DNA of 64,000 bases. Origin: Octopus sinensis. Taxonomy: Eukaryota. Below the pieces are notes generated by a model. That model was not told where the DNA came from, searched no databases, and worked only from the letters and a program-made list of their open reading frames with translations. Positions 17,520 to 30,120 of this stretch are shown piece by piece. The stretch's first letter is position 1. Each line of letters begins with the position of its first letter. The position numbers and the translations under genes are program-made. The stretch is taken from positions 60,202,001 to 60,266,000 of the forward strand of contig NC_043008.1 of the NCBI RefSeq assembly GCF_006345805.1, given 5' to 3'.

Positions 17520-18150
17520 TTATTTTCAATAATTCCAACTTTCCCGTCACCACCGTTCCTATCATTATATTTTTATGCAACTTTGGTTTTTCTTAGTGAA
17601 GGATTTTGGTTGTACTACATAAGTGGGAATTATAGTAATGCTATTCATCTGTTTTGTTTGTTTCTTTTGTAGAGTTTATGCTATGTGAATTTTATCTTTT
17701 GTATGGTGCTTGTTTAAGATTTGTTGTATCAGTAGATATTTTATAATGTCCCTTTGGCAGTTGTACAGTATGTGAGAATTTGAATTAATTGTGTTTTGAG
17801 CCATGTTGAGATTCAATGATCATCGCGATACGAACCGCTTTAAGGGGAAAGAGAGAGCTTCGACGTGATATTCGAAGAAGAGAATATCACGTTGCTCGAA
17901 AATTTGACCCGAGAAAGCTTTGCTTTGATGTTTTGACAGTCGGGACAGGCATGCCCCAAGTGATAGCCAGATTGTTGTCATAAGCTAAATTTGTTACATG
18001 GTTTTACCTAATTTTTTTCTCTGGCTACTTTCGTCTCAGTTGAGTGTTCCGAATGTGTTGCCATGGATAGGTTTTATTTCTAAGTTCCACATTTGATATA
18101 TCTTGTAATTCTCTTTGTTTTGACATTTTAAAATTTTCTATAGTTGAAAA
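17520..18150 (-). mobile_element. Possible LINE ORF1 zinc-knuckle and endonuclease-start relic
   Basis: SL*QQSGYHLGHACPD resembles a broken CCHC knuckle; LLIQQILNKH lies downstream. Confidence 0.3.
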
Positions 18151-18312
18151 GCATTTAACATTCATTGAAATGCTTTACAACTATCCATATAGAGGAAATG
18201 TTACATATTTTGTCTTCAGTAACTGTAAACATTGTTGGTTTCGCTCAATTATTAGTATTGATCTATGCAAGAAAATCATCATCACTATTATCAAACACAA
18301 ATTATTATTATT

Positions 18313-18347
<35 letters not shown>

Positions 18348-18366
18348 TAATAATAATAATAATAAT

Positions 18367-18571
18367 AGACAAATACATAACAAAAACACCAGGACTTACA
18401 AACACATATAACATACAGAAAATAGCACTACTAGGCACTGCACACATCCTACGCAGAACACTTTCCATACAATAACCATCAGAGCATCACAACAAATCAC
18501 AGCACATACCCAAGGCACACAGAGCTGCGCTCGGTAGTGAAGTGAAAGCACGCTATAAAAATAAAACTACT
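18367..18571 (+). mobile_element. Extreme 3' end of an R4/Dong-type LINE (a different subfamily) inserted in (TAA)n
   Basis: Translates KTPGLTNTYNIQKIALLGTAHILRRTLSIQ*, a typical R4/NeSL C-terminus, followed by a ~95-nt 3'UTR and (AAT)n. Confidence 0.8.
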
Positions 18572-18603
18572 GAATAATAATAATAATAATAATAATAATG
18601 ATG

Positions 18604-18633
<30 letters not shown>

Positions 18634-18636
<3 letters not shown>

Positions 18637-19228
18637 GCCCTGATGCAGTACCAATGCCCTGATGCAGTACCAATGCCCTGATGCAGTACCAGGCAGTGGC
18701 TCTCATGGCTTCTGATCTTAACTGATTGGAAGTGTTATCATGTACATTGTTTTGTCTTGGTATAAAAGATGGGCTACAGCAAATATTCTGCTCAATACCA
18801 CAGATTTGCTTGTCAGTTGTTTGACCTTAACCAGTTGAGCATGTCCCTTAGTGGCTGACGATATGTGCATCTCTGATCACGAGCAGAAGTAGTGGGGGAG
18901 CATCATAGCCATGTGTTGAGAGGGATTCTTTGGGGTTTGAATAGTTCACCTCTGGAAACATGGGTGGTTCTTTCAACATCCTTAAACAACCCTTATTCAG
19001 GGACCGTTTGAGCGGGATGGGCTACTCAACCTGAAGAAAATTCTAACTGGGCCCCACCTGCAAGGTCATGTGCTGTTTATCTTGATATAAGATCACCATG
19101 TCGCGCACATATGGTTGTGATGCATGTGCCTGGTGTACCTTTATCAGACGGGTAGTCATGATGGGTATACTGGGCTTCGTATATTTTACCCCAGTGTCAC
19201 TTTGATGGCATGCACTGCTCTCTCACTC
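18634..19228 (+). mobile_element. ~595-bp non-coding (TAA)n-embedded retroelement, copy 1 (5' 19-mer triplicated)
   Basis: Aligns end-to-end with 39123-39692 and with the fragments at 61594-62121. No ORF; (TAA)n on both sides. Confidence 0.85.
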
Positions 19229-19253
19229 AATAATAATAATAATAATAATAATA

Positions 19254-19288
<35 letters not shown>

Positions 19289-19299
19289 TAATAATAATA

Positions 19300-19567
19300 A
19301 TAATTGCTATCATTTACATTACTTTTTTACGTTTGACGAATATTTGTTCTCATCTTTTTTGTTGCTAGCACAACATTTCGGCTGATATACCATCCAGCCT
19401 TCATCAGATGCCTTGGGGATATTTCAAACCTGGGTTCTCATTCCTAAGGTATTTTTGAGGTTATTATTACTATTATTATTATTATTATTCAAGTCACTGC
19501 CTGGAATCGAACTCGGAATCTTGGGGTTAGGTGCTCGCGCTCTTAACCATATGCCCGTGGGCATATA
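19300..19567 (-). mobile_element. tRNA-headed SINE-like element with internal (AAT)n and a hammerhead-like motif in its tail
   Basis: Minus strand: A-box-like TGGTTAAGAGCG (19549-19538), B-box GAGTTCGATTCC (19514-19503), (AAT)n, then GGCAT-CTGATGA-A-GGCTG..CAGCC-GAAA-TGTT-GTGCT. Confidence 0.65.
19367..19412 (-). ncRNA. Minimal type-I hammerhead ribozyme-like motif (Penelope-type), one core-adjacent C>T change
   Basis: Stem I GGCAU/GUGCU, core CUGAUGA, stem II GGCUG/CAGCC, GAAA, GUU cleavage triplet. Confidence 0.55.
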
Positions 19568-19599
19568 GAAATAATAATAATTATTATTATTCATTGCAT

Positions 19600-20740
19600 A
19601 ACGGAAAGTAGGTCACAGCACCTTGAGTATGTGCACAGCTTAGTTACGGTATGTATTTTCCACTCTAAATTACTGCACGAATTGTTCATGCAATGTCTAG
19701 TAATTGCTCCAGTCTCGAACTTAAGCGCATCTGTAATTCTCGTAAGAGTTATGTCGTGTAAATCTTATGTATTTGATTTTTTTAAATCAGTGAAATGCTT
19801 ATATTCTTAAAGTGGATATTTCTATTCCCAATCACCACATACTGATTATCTTTCGAGATTTTTATATTTCGATGATTTGGACCCGTTCTTCTTTGCATCT
19901 TGACATATAATGGTATCTAGTGGGCATCATATTTTTTTAATAGATAATTCCTTTCCTGGTGTCTTTGACAATATCCGGTCAGTTAGTCTTTACCTTCGAT
20001 TTTTCTTAGAACGCGCTGTCGTTGTCTGGTATCTTATTTAGAATATCTCTATACCACTTTTTTCTGCTGGTATTCTTTAGGTTAACGCCATTCCTAGATA
20101 TTTGAAAGCTTCATTTCTATTACGCATGTACTTAGAGTCTCTTGTATGAAACTGAATAACCAGAGGTCGTGTTTGATTATTTCGTTCCATTTTCCACGTA
20201 CTCAGTCATTACTTGTGTTTCATTAAATGAATTTCATGGTTCATGATAAGAAAAGTTTGATTGTCTGCCTCAATGGAAATTCCATCAATTTTATTATTGA
20301 ATCCTATGTTTTGTAAAGTAGTTTTGCGATTATATTTCGTCTTTTTCTGCTACGTTACTTCATTCGGGTATTGGCCATATTAAGGCATTTCTTCTCGTCA
20401 TTTTAACATACCATTTTGTAGACAATTCTAAATTTGTCTGCGAAGATTTTTTTCAATATCTGTTGCACTTTCTCCTTTCTCATCACAGCTGTCTGTCACG
20501 TCAGTTTTTGCTTGTATTTGATGGCTTCCTTGAAGACAGAAAACAACTCTTTATGTTTTGTTCGTGTTTTGTAGTAATTTGTGTATTGATTTTGTAAATT
20601 ATTTTATACATCCTTACAGCTAATTATTTCATGATACTTGTCTAATTGAAGTGCTGTATTCCTTCCTTAGTAGTCAGTATTTATATTGAATGCGATAGTT
20701 TTGTGTCAGAGTTGCCAAGGCATATTCGAAATATAATCAT
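19600..20740 (-). mobile_element. Decayed non-LTR RT relic (L1/Tx1-like)
   Basis: Minus-strand fragments NNKIDGISI and EAFKYLGMAL, with A-rich strand skew and many stops. Confidence 0.45.
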
Positions 20741-20879
20741 AATAATTTTCTTGGGACTACTACTACTACTACTACTAGCAGTATGAGTAACAGATTAACA
20801 TTACTATTACCGTAATCCTTACAGTATGGAACTTTATGTGACACATGTTTGCATTGGAAAGCATAACAAATAAAAATAT

Positions 20880-21700
20880 CCCAGAGCATCCATGTCTCAT
20901 CTTAGCAAGACCTCAGTTAACTATCTAGAAACAACTGCAGTTGTTGAAACTCATATTTATTCATGATTTTCTTCAATTAAGACTACGTGCATAACGCAGT
21001 GAAGACTGTATCCAAACTACAAGTCCAACTCTTTGAACACAGTAAATGGCTAATTTTCTGATACCCACCAAACCTTCTCTAAGTTTATGTATAGTCTGCA
21101 GAGGAGGACTAAATATTGATCAGAGATTTCGATGTTGTTGTACGTATTTTAATGCCTTTTACTAGACCAAAAATGTCAACAGTCAATTGTTTTGAAAATG
21201 TATAGTCACCAACATACAACAAAATTTATTACCGAGCCCTCTGAATCCTGTCTGAGACACTTTTATATGATCCCTCGACTTGCTAGAAATAGTAGCTTAA
21301 CGTATTGGCAAATATCATCCTACAATCTTAGAAAAAGACGGTGGATATTACGTTTCTGTGTTCCAACCACATAAGAGTTAAAAGAGGATGGCCACGGGTA
21401 GAAATACCTTGGTCATAGATTTGCTCGATCAGAGCTAACTATGAACGAAAATATAATAGCATCAACATCTTTTTCAAGAATTTCAGTCTTCTCCCAATCC
21501 ATTATACTATTATTTCAAACGCTTATGTTTCTCAAAAGCAGACAAGTGCTTACAAATGCAACCTGGTACCACACGATTCACCTATCGTTTTTATTCAGTG
21601 TGCTAATAATATCACTCCTATCCCTCCAGACGCCGACTATCCACCTACAGAATTATTCGTTTCGAGAATGTTAACCACCTCGTAATCACTTCACGTCCAC
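20880..21700 (+). mobile_element. Possible CR1/L2-like RT relic
   Basis: KYLGHRF fragment in a GC-richer, stop-riddled block. Confidence 0.3.
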
Positions 21701-23439
21701 ATTATTTTCAGCGGTTGCCGTCTTATAGATGTTGAAATGGAATATTAACCTTGCCAGTTTCTATGAGCCTGCAAAAGTCATGCATCATACCTTTCCTCAT
21801 GAATACACTATAATAAAATCTGTGTACATTCTATGCATGATCATATTAAATATTAGATATATATTTAGATTGTCTTATTAAAAATGAATTAATATAACAT
21901 ATGCCTAATTTAATATCATTATTGCCATCACCAACACTAACACCAACACCATCATCATCGACTTCATCATCGTGTGGAACGGAACATTACATGATATCGC
22001 ATGTCTACATGTCCGTGCGTTACATGCTTCAGTTCAGCTATATATTTCGGTGTGTATAATAAATGCAATTTAATATTTGCTTCATATATGCTTAATTTAA
22101 TACAAATCCGTGTTCAAATGTATTTTTCATGTGTATTCGGATATTCTTCAGAAATTTCATTAGATCACATTCTTGAATACACTATTGCTTCTTTTTCTTT
22201 TTAATTTGCGCAAGAGATCAGAAAATATTCAGATATTTACGTAAGCTGACACCGAAATATTAAATAAAGACAGGATTTCAGATTCCATCTTTGCATGTGA
22301 GGCAGGAGAAATTGTAGGAAGTCATGCAAGAGAGTACAGTATATAAGTAATGAGTCGAGAGCGCATTGCCTAGTGATTAGAGATCGTGGTTTCAATTCCT
22401 GGACCGAGGGATACGTTGTCTTCTTGAACACATTTCCTTTCACGTTGCTCTCCGATCACTTCAAGAACCGACGTGTGGTACACTTTGCACCTATACAGCC
22501 AACGACGATTTGATGGAAGAAGTGTGCCAATGTACAGTAGATAGATTTGATCACTATAAGCGAATCCTTTGTGCAAGTTGTTCAGCAAGAATTTGCAGAA
22601 CAATCTTTCTCGGACTACTAGATACTACCAAATACATAAGCAAATATATTCACTTTGTGATTTCATATCCATCCACAGGGACCGATGCCTCTCTTATTCA
22701 TCCCCTTAGACAGTGAATATGAGGAATCTGTACGAAAGAAACAGTTTTATTATATAAGGGACGTTAATTTGTTGGGCCAAACCTCGTCAGTGTCAGCTTT
22801 GACTTTCATACCTACTGGGTCTTAAAAAATGATTGCAAGTACTGGATTGATATAATCAATTGCACACATTTAACAGGGAATATATCATATTGCATTTACA
22901 TATGTTTTTACTGCATGACCCACGGCTGCATTTTATATTTGCATAGGTCGGGTGTTTTGCCGTGTTTTGTGCTTCGTTCTGTTTAATTCTCTTATATTAA
23001 ATATACACTAGTTAAGTTATATATAATGTCTAGTAGTACTATAGTACTAAAAACTGTATGTTACTTATAAGTAAGTGCAAACTCTAGAATTTAGGTTGTG
23101 TCTGTGTCTGTAACATTGGTGTTAATAATTTCAAAGTATCTTTTATTACAAGTATTGATTATGTTTACGATATTTCAAGTATTTCACAATTTCGTATCTC
23201 AGTTTTTATTTGTTAAATTTTGAATTGGATTATCAATTTGTTTTAGAGAGACACTATATTCCAACGAAACTCATACAAAAGTTGGGAGACATATTCTGTC
23301 CTGTGGTTAATTGACAAAAACATCTGGTAGATTTTCTTTAGCTTCACTGCCTCTAAAAATTCGCATATCCTAGAGCTTACTTATTTTCTCATTCACTAAG
23401 ATTGTGTGAAGCGTAAGTTAATATAATGTATTTGCAGTA

Positions 23440-23620
23440 TTTCTCCATGACGTCATAAATTGTCAATTTGATCATAGTTTGAAACGAATGAAAGTATGTA
23501 CGTGCGTACTTGCGCATGTTCAAATATACTACTTTGTTATCGAAAGAGATTATTTATTAATGAATTTCTCCCGTAGGCGTCTCGAGTTTCATGCATTTGC
23601 GATCTCCAGGCGTGCTTTTG
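23440..23620. promoter_or_regulatory. CpG-richer patch with a perfect CRE (TGACGTCA, 23448-23455) and an NRF1-like tgcgcatg
   Basis: Motif matches only. Other perfect CREs lie at 38855-38862 and 51632-51639. Confidence 0.2.
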
Positions 23621-24200
23621 CTTGTTATCTATCAAAGATAATAAAATATACTGTTTCCATAATCTTCAGTGATATTTGTATTTAGCTTCATATACGTTTA
23701 ATAGTTTTCATTGGGAAGGATTTTTTGCTACTAATAAAAATACTTCGGTGTAGCTTTCAAAACATTCGCTTTATAACCATAATTTCAGTTTTCTTTATGT
23801 TTTTCAGCATTGATTATTTATTGTCTACAAAGGGATTTTTTGGCATCGCCTTAGCATGACATTTTGTAGTCCTGCTTTCAGGTTAGATATTACTTATTAT
23901 TGATATAACTGTTATCATAAGGTTTTCATCAACTTCGTGAGAGCGTCTACTATAACAGCAGTGCACTTCTCTGTTCCTGCGGTGTATGTGCAATATTTTA
24001 TTTAGAAATACAGAATTGTGTTATTATACAGCATGAAGTTTGCTTTGATGTACCAGAGAAGGATATTTATTTTTCAAATTGTGTGCAAATCACGTGTTGT
24101 CTTATGTTACTTAGTGGTAACTCTATAGAACATGCCTGGAGGTACTTGTGGTATTTTCTGCGTTTATGATTGCATAGGATGATTTAATACGATATATTGC

Positions 24201-24246
<46 letters not shown>

Positions 24247-24570
24247 GTAATAATACTACTTCCAATAATAATGACTACACCTACTACTACTACTGTTGTT
24301 TTTGTTTCTATTGTTCTTCTTATTACTAAGAATGTCGTGAAAGTAATCATATATGAATATAATCAGAAGCACGAGAGATCTAGCCAGTATATGCACCGGA
24401 ATAACTGCCATCACTCGTGGCTGTGAGTACAAAAATCTGGAAAAATACGTATCATAAATATATCACATACACCCAAACAATGCTATCGAAATGACAATCG
24501 GAAGGGTAGAGAATAAAACAAATATTAGAATTTAGACCACGATCAGAGTACAAACAAAATTGTCAATGAA

Positions 24571-25130
24571 CAAGGGTGAGTCAAAAAGTGATGCCATTTT
24601 GTTTAGCACAAGTATAATTACCAATACAGGAACATGTATCATACATTAAAATGACGCTGGTCCTCTGTGGATCACATCCCTACTTTTCAACATAGTCACC
24701 GTTTCTCTCAATAGGATTGCGCCACCTTCGAATGAGAGCATGTATCTCTGCCCTGTAAAATTCTGTTGACTGTTCTTTGAGCCATTTCTTCACTACAGTT
24801 TTCCCTTCCTCGTCAATGGACTAACATCGTCACTGGACTATCATGTATTCGGCCTCATGAAAGAGGCTTTGAGATGCAAACATTATTCCAGTGACGAGGA
24901 AGTGAAAAATGTAGTGAAAAATTGACTCAAAAACGGTCAACAGAATTTTACGGGGCAGGGATACATGCTGTCATTCAAAGGTGGAACATTACTATTGAGA
25001 GAATTGTGAACTATGTTGAGGAGTAGGGGTGTGATCCATAGAGGACCAGCTTCCTTTTGATGTATGATACATATTCCTATGTTGGTAATTATATCTGTCC
25101 TAAATAAAATGGCATCATTTTTGACTCACC
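24571..25130. mobile_element. Palindromic mariner-derived MITE (both arms from the transposase 3' end)
   Basis: TIRs ggtgagtcaaaaagtgatgccattt / aaatggcatcatttttgactcacc, with ~240-bp inverted arms. The right half translates DYHVFGLMKEALRCKHYSSDEEVKNVVKN, a mariner C-terminus. Confidence 0.85.
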
Positions 25131-25509
25131 AATATACAAATATCTAAAAACTGTGGGGTTACATTTAAGCAACGATAACTTTGGTGACAATAGTCAAATT
25201 AAGGTAAACTATACAGAAGAAAATATGAAACACGCTTTAGTTTTCCACCCCAAATCATAATACATACGATTAATAGCTATATACACATACACTCATACAC
25301 GAAGGTACCCACAAACACGAACATACACGCATGCGCACGCACACACACTTCTATATAATGTATATGAATTACAGCATGCAAATTATTAAGTATTTTTATA
25401 TTTGATATTTTCATATTTTTTCATGTTGCTTTTCGTATATAAGAGTTGTGATATATATGTCACAACTTCCTTTGCTTATCTCAAGCTATGAATCTACCCA
25501 ATTTATTGA

Positions 25510-25555
<46 letters not shown>

Positions 25556-25577
25556 TAATAATAATAATAATAATAAT

Positions 25578-26712
25578 AATGATAATAACAACAACATATC
25601 AGAAAAGTGAAAAGCTATGAGGTCCAAGGTGAATGTTTAGAGGTATCATCGCCTGGGCTGTACATCTGGCACACTCCTGCGCAGGCGTTGGTTGTGTGAT
25701 TGACAAAAGTAGGCTTGTCAACGTCGGTAGAAAAACTAGGAAGATAATGACTATTCAAACTAGAAGTAACGTAGGAAAAGGGAAGTGGATTGGTTGGAAT
25801 AGAGGATAGTGTTATAAAGGAGATCACGTCCTTGCACGCATGTCTGAGGAATTTTTCAGGCCGTACTGAGTAAGAGGATGATCAGTGGCAATGGTGAGAG
25901 CCTCCAAGAGTACGCAAGTAGGTCTAACAGAGAAAAGCTCAACTGGAAAGAGAAAATTCTACATGGAGAATTTTTCTAACAAATACCGAATGACGCTGAT
26001 GAAGAATTCTGGAAGTGGTTAACACGTGATTTTTAAAGAATGAGATAGAAGGACGGATTCTTACTGCTCAGGAATAAGCTTTAGGAAGCAACTGAATCAA
26101 GTGTTGCATTGATAAAACCGCAATATGACCTTCGCGTAGGTTATGTGAAAAGTCACGTGATACATATTAGATATATAATAAGTGGATGTTCAAATCTGTC
26201 TTAGAAGGAGTATAAAAACTGCCATGACAACATGACATGCAAATAAACTGGGGACTGTGCAGGACGCATGGTATAGAATATTCCAACAAATCGTCTGAGT
26301 AACAGCCTTTGTGTACTGCAGAGAACGATCTACTAGAATTCACATTGGATATACCAATCTGCACAGATAATAACTGCAAAATAAGAGGACAGATAACAGA
26401 AGGATTCCAAAGAAAGGACCTTCATTAACGTGGGTAAACTTGCAGCCCAGAATATCATGAAGACAGGGGGCGAGAAAGCTGGAAAGGGCCAAGACCTTGC
26501 ATTGGAAGGGAAACATTTTCACGGAGTCCTCTAAAGTGAGTACCTACTGTAAATGGGTCATTAGGGGCCATCTCGAAGGAAGCACTATTCAAGCATTAAA
26601 AGCTACAAATATCAAACTTCAGAGATAGTGCTAAGTTTGCAACAATACTTGAGAAAAATGTTGCGACTCTAAGCAGCGAGATTGAGCTGAGACATGACGT
26701 TTGCAACTCAGG
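25578..26712 (+). mobile_element. 5'-truncated, degraded R4/Dong-type non-LTR retrotransposon (CCHC finger and restriction-like endonuclease region) in (TAA)n
   Basis: Broken frames give WKEKILHGEF, GRILTAQE, RLCEKS..IISGCSNLS.KEYKNCHDN and WGLCRTHGIEY. Flanked on both sides by (TAA)n, the known Dong target. Confidence 0.8.
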
Positions 26713-26728
26713 AGAAAATATAATGATG

Positions 26729-26802
<74 letters not shown>

Positions 26803-26870
26803 GATGATGATGATGATAATAGTCATTATATTAATATTCTTATTGTTGTTATATCATTAATATATGGTTG

Positions 26871-26908
<38 letters not shown>

Positions 26909-27457
26909 TATTGTACAGATCTTTCGCCCATGCATATGATGAAATAGGAAAATAAATATAAAGAACACTACATGAAAATATGAAACTATGTCAAGCAAAT
27001 ATAGATATTAAAACATATATCAGTTAATAAAGACCGGACAGTGACAGACGAATAGGGACATAAAATATAAAGGATGATAAATACCTGTATCCTCCAAAGA
27101 AAGAACTAAAACGCAAGTAAAAATATAGATATATATTTATATGCATATGGGTATATATTAAAAAAATAACAGGTTATACGGGAATAATGCTATTTTGAGA
27201 CAGTACATGGTTATAAAATAGAGGTAATAATAATAAGAAGCGTGCAAAATATAATGCTTTTCAGCAGTATTATCAAAACTCAATGGTAAAATAATGGAAC
27301 AGATCATATATGAAGACAAACCTAACAGTCGTAAAGGAGTGGTTTATATAATAAATATAAATGCTATACAGAATATAATAAAGAACAAAGTAACGTAACG
27401 GCAGCTAATCTAGTTTATATTTTGCGAGGACACGAAATGGCGGTATTATATATGCAG

Positions 27458-27490
<33 letters not shown>

Positions 27491-28440
27491 CTGTGTGTGT
27501 ACTAACGTGTATTCATACACATACATATTTGTAGGAGCTTTATGTATTTATATGTATGTATGTGCATATATACTGATATTGATATGTATGACATTATAAA
27601 GATATGTATATATGTATGTATATATATATATATATATACGAGTTTATATGCACATTTATATGTAATCATATATAATTATATATATTAATAAATGTAGATG
27701 CATATATACATATGTAGTTACATATATAAATATATACATAAATGTATATGCATGCACATATATGTATACATATGTGCACACGTGCACATTAATATGTATA
27801 TATGTACACATATGTATATACACGTATATATATATATACAAATATATATATATGTTTGTTTGTATATATATACACATGCGTATATATATATACATATATA
27901 CATACGTATATATACATATATATGCGTATATATGTACATACGTATATATATATACATATATATATGCGTATATATATATCTCTCTCTCTATATATATATA
28001 TACGTATGTCTTCATATACACGCATATTTGAGCACTTATATACGTACACACACATACACACACATACACTCAGATATATTAATGTCTGCAGTTAACCATT
28101 TTGTCCAGTTTTTCGCTACACTCACTTATGTACGCAATTTTGTACAAATGACAGGTTATACACGTTATACATTTAACATATTTTTACACGAGAGCATGGA
28201 TGTGTATATGCAATTTTTTGGGGCTGTTTGAGTTTTAGTGGAAACATGTATTTGTCAACTCAATCTGAGAAAATTAAGTTGCTTAAATATCCATGAATAT
28301 TTTTGAAATCATTGCTAATGAATCAACGTATCTCCATCTTGAACTCCAGTGGTATCTATACATGATTTCGTATTCGAAAAATTCACAAATATGACATTAA
28401 TTTCATTATTACTATATGTTTGACTTTTGCTCTTTATTAG

Positions 28441-28517
28441 TTCAAGTCGACTGCAAATCTTACCCAGAGACCTCAAGAGACATCAGTTTAGAAGTTCAAG
28501 TTGGTTTTATGACCAAG
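28441..28517 (+). CDS. Isolated candidate exon (VQVDCKSYPETSRDISLEVQVGFMTK or SSRLQILPRDLKRHQFRSSSWFYDQ)
   Basis: Acceptor tttgacttttgctctttattag| and donor AAG|gtacat. Two frames are open. Confidence 0.3.
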
Positions 28518-29559
28518 GTACATAAGAAAATCATAAATTTGTGTTAAAATTTGGGATTACATAGACAGTATTTTACGTAGGATTTGGGCCCTGATCTTGA
28601 TCAAATATAACCTATTCTCAGGATTTTCAGATGCAGTATTTTTTACAGACATTCAATATTTTTAGTATGATAGAAAATGACTTGGCTGCTATACTTAGCT
28701 GATTGACCAAGTTCATAGAAAGTCTTTTACTGATTTTTGTTACAATAATCTAACTGCTTTTCTGGCCGCTCAAATCGACACCTCGTGCAAAACGTTTTAC
28801 ATGTCAGGAAACAAGAATTTTTACAAAATTGAAATTCCTTTCTAATAGAAATAGTTGTTACAAAAATTTTATTCTAAAACGCATTAATATTTTAACGGCT
28901 ATTAATATATTAGCATCAATTTGTATATTAACGCTTATTATTAACAAGCTATGTCACAAACTATCAAAATAAAAACCAAAATTTATCAATATTGTAAACA
29001 TGAATTTTGCTATTGAAAAAATTGTCACTGAACAATAAAACAGCAAAATATCTTTTTTTAGTATCCCTCGTTTTCTTGCCAGGAAGGATTACAGAAAAAT
29101 TTTACTGATGCTGTTTAATTATTAATGCCGTTTTATTTTAAAGCATGCACTATCACGAGGCTTAATATTCTGAATAACCACGAATATTTTGATCCAGGAT
29201 TTTCAAGCAATGATTATACCACTTAAAATATTAATGGCTCGAAAATAACATTTTTCAATACTTTTTCACGATGGTTATCTGAGGTTTTAATTGTTCATAT
29301 AAATTGGTTACGTAATTATTCAACGTTACAATTGTTTTTTAAGGCGCTTTAATTTCTTTTACTGATATTTTCAAAGATACCGTCCTCAGCAACGGATTTC
29401 AAAATCACCATGAGACATGATTTCGTAATCCTCTTACCGATATAATATTAGAATTATGGGTAATAAATTATTTAATTTAAATATATATATTTTGTTTTGA
29501 ATTATTTTTTTAAAGAATATACGCTACTGTTTAATCTGTAATGAATAGAATGATACTAA

Positions 29560-30120
29560 ATATCCTCCTCCCCTCTTCCTTCTCCTCCACTTCATCATCA
29601 TCATTTAACATCCGTTTTTCATGCTGGTAAGAATTGGCCGATTTGGCAGGAACTGAACAGCTGAAGGGTTGTTGAGACACCATGTCTGTTTCGGCATGCT
29701 TTCTACGGTTGGCTGCCCTACCTAACACCAATCGGTTACAGAGTGTACTGGGTACTTTTACATAGCAGCGGCAGCAGCAGCACGGGGCATTTTAACATAG
29801 AACCAACACCTACAAGCTCGCAAGATTAAGGATGCTCACCTGGAGAGGGTTGTGTGTAAGGGCAACCGTGCTTGTACTTAGCTTGACGTATCTTTTCAAG
29901 TACGGCAAACTGGCAGGAGTCTTAGACCCTTGTCATCACGTCTAAGAGTCCTCATGTCTGTAGATCCTTTCTCACCACTTCGTCTCACGTCTTCATGGGC
30001 TTACCCCTACCGCACGTTTCCTCTACAATTAGAGATTGACACTTCTTGACGCAACCAACTTCATCCATATGTCACGTATATCCAGGTTTTCTCACAAACT
30101 ACTTACGCTGTCACAGATGC
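29560..30120 (-). mobile_element. RTE-clade LINE 3' end
   Basis: Minus strand HMDEVGCVKKCQSLIVEETCGRGKPMKT*DEVVRKDL, an RTE C-terminal motif, then a 3'UTR and (ATG)n tail. Confidence 0.8.

Noticed and set aside
19100-19228. HDV-like, twister or hammerhead fold in the ends of the TAA element (CTGATAA, CTGATGCA) and CTAATGAGCC in the SINE C' tail
   Set aside because: I could not build the nested pseudoknot or find the GAAA partner; these are only simple stems.
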